From Syntrophales bacterium (GTDB taxonomy: Bacteria > Desulfobacterota > Syntrophia > Syntrophales > PHBD01): a DNA stretch of 64,000 nucleotides. Below, in pieces: positions 59,390 to 64,000 of the stretch. The notes under the pieces are model-generated. The model did no database searches. It worked only from the letters and a program-made list of their open reading frames with translations, and was not told the DNA's origin. Position 1 is the first letter of the stretch, and the number at the start of each line of letters is the position of its first letter. Location of the stretch: the NCBI GenBank assembly GCA_963668175.1, contig OY764159.1, forward strand, positions 672,001-736,000, given 5' to 3'. The translations under genes and the position numbers were made by a program.

Positions 59390-60640
59390 ATGACTGAAAG
59401 CCGTCCCGTCATATTGGGTTATGATGCCGCCTCCCCGCTCGGTACGGACATGAAGACCCAGTGGGAAAGGGCGACGGAAGGCAAGAGCGGCGTCAGGCCC
59501 CTGACGCGGTTCTCTCTCCGCGATGGGTTTCCGGTCCGCGTTGCCGGCGAGGTTGACGACATCGACATCGGGCCCTATCCGTTTCTCAAGCCCCGGGAAA
59601 TGGCCCATTGGACGTCGCCGATTTTCAAATATGCGATGCTGGTTGTGCACCGGGCCCTCCGGAAGAGCGGAATCGAGATGACGCCCGACATCGCGCCGCG
59701 GGTCGCCACGACCTTCAGCACGGCCATCGGCGGGCTGGATGCCGTGATCCAGGCGGATCGCCTCATGGTCGCCGAGGGAAAGCTGCCCCACCCCTTTACC
59801 AATCCGAATTCCTGCATTAACATGGTGGGGGGGAAGGTCTCCATCCTCACCACGGCGTCCGGTCCGATCTGTTCGCCGGTTACGGCCTGCGCCACGGGCT
59901 CCTCGTCGATGATCATGGGGGCGATGTTCCTTGAACAGGGTATGGCGGATGTGGCCATATGCGGGGCCGTCGATTTCGCCCTTGTTGAACCGATTGTCGG
60001 CGGTTTTGCCACGATGAACGGCGCCTACCGGCCGAAGGAAGGGCAGCCGGAAGAACCGGCGGAATCTCTGAGCCGCCCCTTCTCCCTGAACCGCCGCGGC
60101 TTCATTGTTTCCGAGGGTGCCGGGTGCGTGGTCATTGCGACGCGGGAATTCGCCAGGTCCCACGGGCTTGAAGCGCATATCGAAATGGCGGGGTGGGCCA
60201 TGACCGCGGACGCCTGTCATTTTGTAGCGCCGAACTACGCGACGGTCAGGCGCTGTATGTCCGAGTGCATCACTCACGCCGGGATCGATCCTGCCGATAT
60301 CGACGCCGTCAATGCCCATGCGGCTTCAACGAAAGTGGGTGACAAGGTGGAGGCGGACGCCCTGCATGATGTCTTTAATGGTGCCGTGCCGCCCGTTTCG
60401 GCCAACAAATCGCTCATCGGGCATGCCATGGGGGCCTCCAGCGCCATCGAGTCCATCTTTGCCATGGAAGGTATGCTGAACGACACGATCCTGCCGACGA
60501 TCAACTACAAGCCCGATCCGGCCATTGTAATCGATTGTGTCCCGGAGGGGGCGCGGCATTCGGAGCAGGAGTATGTTTTGAAGAATGCGTTCGGTTTCGG
60601 CGGCTGCAATGCCTGCATTATATTTCACAGGATAGATTAA
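59390..60640 (+). CDS. Beta-ketoacyl-ACP synthase (FabF-like) 1
   Basis: TACATG (Cys), NAHAAST (His), KSLIGH (His), NAFGFGG. Confidence 0.92.
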   Translation: MTESRPVILGYDAASPLGTDMKTQWERATEGKSGVRPLTRFSLRDGFPVRVAGEVDDIDIGPYPFLKPREMAHWTSPIFKYAMLVVHRALRKSGIEMTPDIAPRVATTFSTAIGGLDAVIQADRLMVAEGKLPHPFTNPNSCINMVGGKVSILTTASGPICSPVTACATGSSSMIMGAMFLEQGMADVAICGAVDFALVEPIVGGFATMNGAYRPKEGQPEEPAESLSRPFSLNRRGFIVSEGAGCVVIATREFARSHGLEAHIEMAGWAMTADACHFVAPNYATVRRCMSECITHAGIDPADIDAVNAHAASTKVGDKVEADALHDVFNGAVPPVSANKSLIGHAMGASSAIESIFAMEGMLNDTILPTINYKPDPAIVIDCVPEGARHSEQEYVLKNAFGFGGCNACIIFHRID

Positions 60641-60651
60641 CGGCGGATTTC

Positions 60652-61917
60652 ATGAAAGCTCCCTTGAACAGACGTGTCTTTGTCATAGGCTACGGTGCAG
60701 CCACCCCGCTGGGCGGGACCTTCTCCCAAACCTGGGAACGGGCGGTGAAAGGTGAGGCGGGATTCAGAAAGGTTACCCGCTGCGACGTGAAAACGGTTTG
60801 CGACGTCGTCGGCGAGATTCCTGACTGGAATCCCCGGATGTTCGATTTTACGACGGCCAAAGAGGCCTATAACTGGAACGCTGCCTTTGTTCTTCTGACC
60901 ATGGGTGTCTGCAAGGAGGCTTTGAATCACGCCCGCCTCGAAATGAATGCCGAAACGGGGCCCCGCACGGCTTGCCTGATCGGGTCCGCCCTGAACGGAA
61001 CGGATGCCTTCCGGGTCGCCGTCAACAATCTGCGCGAGAAGGGGGCCCTGAAGATCAGTCCCTATCTGCTTCCCAATTTGTGCGCAAACCTTCCTTCCGG
61101 CAAGGCGGGTATCCTCCTCGGCTTTACGGGACCGATCTTCTCCCCCCAGGGTGCTTGCGCTTCGGGAAATCATGCCGTCGGCATCGGGGCCAGGATGATC
61201 AGGGACGGCGATTGCGATTTTGTCCTTGCCGGGGGCGTGGATATGGCCCTTGTTCCAGAGTTGATTCACGGCTTTGAGAACATGAACGCGACGGTCAAGA
61301 TGACGCCGAAAGACAGGGCCTATCAGGATCCGACCCAGGCTTCCAGGCCTTTCAGCATCGACCGCAAGGGGTTTGTACTGTCAGAAGGAGCGGGGGTTTT
61401 GGTTCTCGCTGCGGAAGAGATGCTGGCCGCCCACGGTCTTACCCCCAAGGCGGAGGTGCTCGGCATCGGGTGGACGTCGGACGCCTTCCATTTCACGAAT
61501 CCCAACCCCGAGACGATCGTCCGGGCCATCAAGGAAGCCGTCGACGATGCGGGTCTTGCGCCCCAGGATATCGAATACGTCAATACGCACGGGACGTCCA
61601 CGCCCAAGGGCGACCTCGTCGAAGTCCAGTGCCTCAGGAAAATATTCGGAGACTATTTGGGGAAGATGCCCATATCGTCCAACAAATCCCAGATCGGCCA
61701 TACGCTGGGCGCCGCGGCGGCCATAGAGGCCGCCCTGACGATCGAGGGCATGAATCGGGGTATTGTCCTGCCGACAATCAACCATATGCCGGACCCCCGC
61801 CTCGACGACGTCGACGTGGTTCCTAATCAGGCCCGCAGGAAACAGGTGGAGATCGCCCTGTCCAATGCGTTCGGGTTCGGTGGGACGAATTGCTGCGTCA
61901 TCTTCAAGGGGGCATGA
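60652..61917 (+). CDS. Beta-ketoacyl-ACP synthase (FabF-like) 2
   Basis: GACASG (Cys), NTHGTST (His), KSQIGH (His), NAFGFGG. Confidence 0.92.
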   Translation: MKAPLNRRVFVIGYGAATPLGGTFSQTWERAVKGEAGFRKVTRCDVKTVCDVVGEIPDWNPRMFDFTTAKEAYNWNAAFVLLTMGVCKEALNHARLEMNAETGPRTACLIGSALNGTDAFRVAVNNLREKGALKISPYLLPNLCANLPSGKAGILLGFTGPIFSPQGACASGNHAVGIGARMIRDGDCDFVLAGGVDMALVPELIHGFENMNATVKMTPKDRAYQDPTQASRPFSIDRKGFVLSEGAGVLVLAAEEMLAAHGLTPKAEVLGIGWTSDAFHFTNPNPETIVRAIKEAVDDAGLAPQDIEYVNTHGTSTPKGDLVEVQCLRKIFGDYLGKMPISSNKSQIGHTLGAAAAIEAALTIEGMNRGIVLPTINHMPDPRLDDVDVVPNQARRKQVEIALSNAFGFGGTNCCVIFKGA

Positions 61918-61918
61918 T

Positions 61919-62398
61919 ATGAAGCCAAAACCTTTCCGGCCGGAGCCCTTCTCTGCCGATGAGCGCTACGTGAGGGACACGACGACGGGCCTGACCTGGC
62001 ACCGCTGCCGCAACCGCACGCTCTATGCCGATACGGACCGATCCGCCGTCGTCTACCACGCCAATTATCTGCGCTACTTCGAGCTGGGCCGGGCGACGCT
62101 GATGCGGGATGCGGCCTATCCGTACCGTGAAGTCGAGGACGACGGCTATGTGTACCCGATTATCGAAACGGGCATTACCTTTTACCAGCCGCTATATTAC
62201 GACGACCCCATGTGGGTCCATACCAGGCCGGCCGAGTTGGAGAGGGTACGCCTTAAATTCGAATACGCCGTCACCCACGCGGACACCCAGGTCCTTATCT
62301 GCAAAGGGTTCACCCGGCACTGCGCCCTCAACAAGTCGGGGAGGCCCGTGTCCGTAGATCCCAAGACCGTTCAGCTCTGGAAAAATTTTCCTGCATGA
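61919..62398 (+). CDS. Acyl-CoA/ACP thioesterase (YbgC/4HBT family)
   Basis: YADTDRSAVVYHANYLRYFELGR motif. Confidence 0.88.
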   Translation: MKPKPFRPEPFSADERYVRDTTTGLTWHRCRNRTLYADTDRSAVVYHANYLRYFELGRATLMRDAAYPYREVEDDGYVYPIIETGITFYQPLYYDDPMWVHTRPAELERVRLKFEYAVTHADTQVLICKGFTRHCALNKSGRPVSVDPKTVQLWKNFPA

Positions 62399-63240
62399 AA
62401 GAGACGACACGTAAACCTCTCTCCATCGAGGTTCTACCCTATCTACGGGACCACCGGTCCGAAGGGAAAACGGTCCTCCCGGCGGTGGAGGCCCTGCAGC
62501 GGCTGGCGCTGTCCGTCCGGGAGCACTTCCCGGCAATCCATACGCAGGCCATGTATCGCGCCTCTTTCCCGAGGTTTCTCGTCATCGAGCCGGAAGATAG
62601 GAACATCAACGCCTATGGCGAGTTTTTGACGAACGACGGAGGTTATCTCCGTGCGGATCTCGTCACGCTCAGCGTTTCCCCGAAAATGCGGATCGGCCGG
62701 TCCAAAGTCTATGCCTCGGTCTGTTTTAAGGAAAATCCCCCCGATATCGACTTTCCTGAAAGGGATAACGCCTTCGCGGCGGGAGAAGGAGCCTTCACCT
62801 TGTCGGCGGAGCAACTGTACCGGGAACTGGTCCCACTGGGGCCGTCGTACCGCAATGCCTGTGAACCGATCCGCCTGGGACGCCTGGGCGCCACGGGGTA
62901 CCTGAAAGCGCCGGTTCTGCCTGCGCCCGTCGAGCCGCTCGGATCGCCGTTCCCGTTCGATGCCGCGATGCACTGCGCCTGTGCGTGGTCCCAAAGGTAT
63001 TATGGCGTCATCGCCTTTCCTGTCGGTTTCGAACGGCGGATCATCCGCCGCAATACCCGCCCCGGCGGAAACTACCGGTGCCGGATCGTTCCCGTATCGG
63101 AAGAGAAGGGCGTCCTGACCTTCGATATCCGGATTGACGATGAGCAGGACGATCTCTGTGAACTCATAACGGGCGTGAAGATGCAGGATGTCACCGCCGG
63201 CAGGTTGAGCCCGCCCCGGTGGGTCCGGGATAGTGCTTGA
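62395..63240 (+). CDS. Stand-alone PKS-type (double hotdog) dehydratase
   Basis: YLRDHRSEGKTVLP (HxxxGxxxxP), LY...GPSY, FDAAMH (DxxxH), FPVGF. Confidence 0.75.
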   Translation: MKETTRKPLSIEVLPYLRDHRSEGKTVLPAVEALQRLALSVREHFPAIHTQAMYRASFPRFLVIEPEDRNINAYGEFLTNDGGYLRADLVTLSVSPKMRIGRSKVYASVCFKENPPDIDFPERDNAFAAGEGAFTLSAEQLYRELVPLGPSYRNACEPIRLGRLGATGYLKAPVLPAPVEPLGSPFPFDAAMHCACAWSQRYYGVIAFPVGFERRIIRRNTRPGGNYRCRIVPVSEEKGVLTFDIRIDDEQDDLCELITGVKMQDVTAGRLSPPRWVRDSA

Positions 63241-63271
63241 CAGGACGGAAAAATTCATATTTAGGTGCATT

Positions 63272-63541
63272 ATGACACGTGAAGAGATACTTGCTGAAAT
63301 TATAAGAATATTTCACGAAGAGTTCGAAATCGACAACCCCGGTTTGGACGACAATTTACGGGAAAAATATCATTTTGACAGCATCGATGCCATTGAGTTG
63401 CTCGTGGAAATAGAGAGAATGCTGCGGTCGGAGTTGACCCAGGAAGAGAAGAAGGGGGCGATGGACATAAGGACCATCAACGACATCTGCGACTATATCG
63501 AAGCCCTTATCCGAAAAAGATCGGCTCCGGTGGGCGGTTAG
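63272..63541 (+). CDS. Acyl carrier protein 3
   Basis: FDSIDAIELL site; IRTINDICDYI. Confidence 0.9.
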   Translation: MTREEILAEIIRIFHEEFEIDNPGLDDNLREKYHFDSIDAIELLVEIERMLRSELTQEEKKGAMDIRTINDICDYIEALIRKRSAPVGG

Positions 63542-63654
63542 AGCTTCCCCTGACGGCCTGACTTGACGGGCCGGCTCCTTCCGGTCGGTTCGCCGACCGG
63601 ACGTCATGAGCGCATTCTTCAGTTTGACGAAATATTAAGGATAACCTGGAATAT

Positions 63655-64000
63655 ATGGCAAGAAGAGTCGTTATTACGGCCGGTGCGGCCATTACGCCCA
63701 TCGGTCACGGCAAGCAGGAGATCATCGCGAGTCTCTTAAACGGCGTCTCCGGCGTCAAGAGTCTCCGTGAAGACGGGGTCCTGACAGGTTACATCCATTC
63801 GAAGGTCTTCGGAACCGTCGATTATCCGATCGCCTACGATTTTAAGAGGCTGTACCGCAAGACCATGGGGCCCGTCGCCTTTTATGCGTGCCAGGTGGCC
63901 AAGGAAGTCCTGGAACAGGCAGGTCTGGACAGCCAATTTATCACGTCGGGCCGTTTGGGGGTTGCGTTCGGCTCGACACACGGCAGCCCGACCGTCCAGA
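63655..64000 (+). CDS. Beta-ketoacyl-ACP synthase 3 (N-terminal part; truncated by window edge; not in ORF track)
   Basis: Own translation: MARRVVITAGAAITPIGHGKQEIIASLLNGVSGV...RKTMGPVAFYA...SGRLGVAFGSTHGSPTVQ. Confidence 0.85.
   Translation, partial: MARRVVITAGAAITPIGHGKQEIIASLLNGVSGVKSLREDGVLTGYIHSKVFGTVDYPIAYDFKRLYRKTMGPVAFYACQVAKEVLEQAGLDSQFITSGRLGVAFGSTHGSPTVQ

Noticed and set aside
1..64000. CRISPR arrays, rRNA, prophage or transposase genes
   Set aside because: No regularly spaced repeats, rRNA-like sequence, or phage/transposase motifs seen.

Overview
Bacterial chromosomal window. Its gene content (tungstate ABC transporter, stand-alone TrpB2, sigma54 regulator, 2[4Fe-4S] ferredoxin, IspH-UbiA-like fusion) suggests an anaerobic deltaproteobacterium, possibly Syntrophales-like; this taxonomy is inference. 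Positions 1-40 kb are mostly housekeeping: dedA, mutY, ybaK, trxC, a c-di-GMP operon, leuS-lptE, rpsT, tRNA-Ala(CGC), a deoxyhypusine-synthase-like gene, xseAB-ispA-dxs-tlyA-ispH, nfu-fdx-tmk-holB-PSP1-metG, trpB2, a divergent gpsA-like gene, tupABC, a 5'-nucleotidase, Pat acetyltransferase, a peroxiredoxin and a desulfurase-YedF-DUF3343 module. Positions 40-45 kb hold a PAS hybrid kinase, an NtrC-type regulator and an apparent sigma54 target gene. The most notable region runs from about 48.4 kb to the right edge and continues beyond it. It is a dissociated type II FAS/PKS-like lipid cluster with 3 ACPs, at least 3 ketosynthases, 2 kinds of dehydratase, a thioesterase, a phytoene-desaturase-family flavoprotein, a deacetylase-methyltransferase fusion and five radical SAM enzymes (3 cobalamin-binding plus a non-B12 paralog pair). 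It mixes features of the anammox ladderane-candidate clusters and of aryl-polyene/flexirubin clusters, and its product is unknown. All calls come from motif reading only; no database searches were run.
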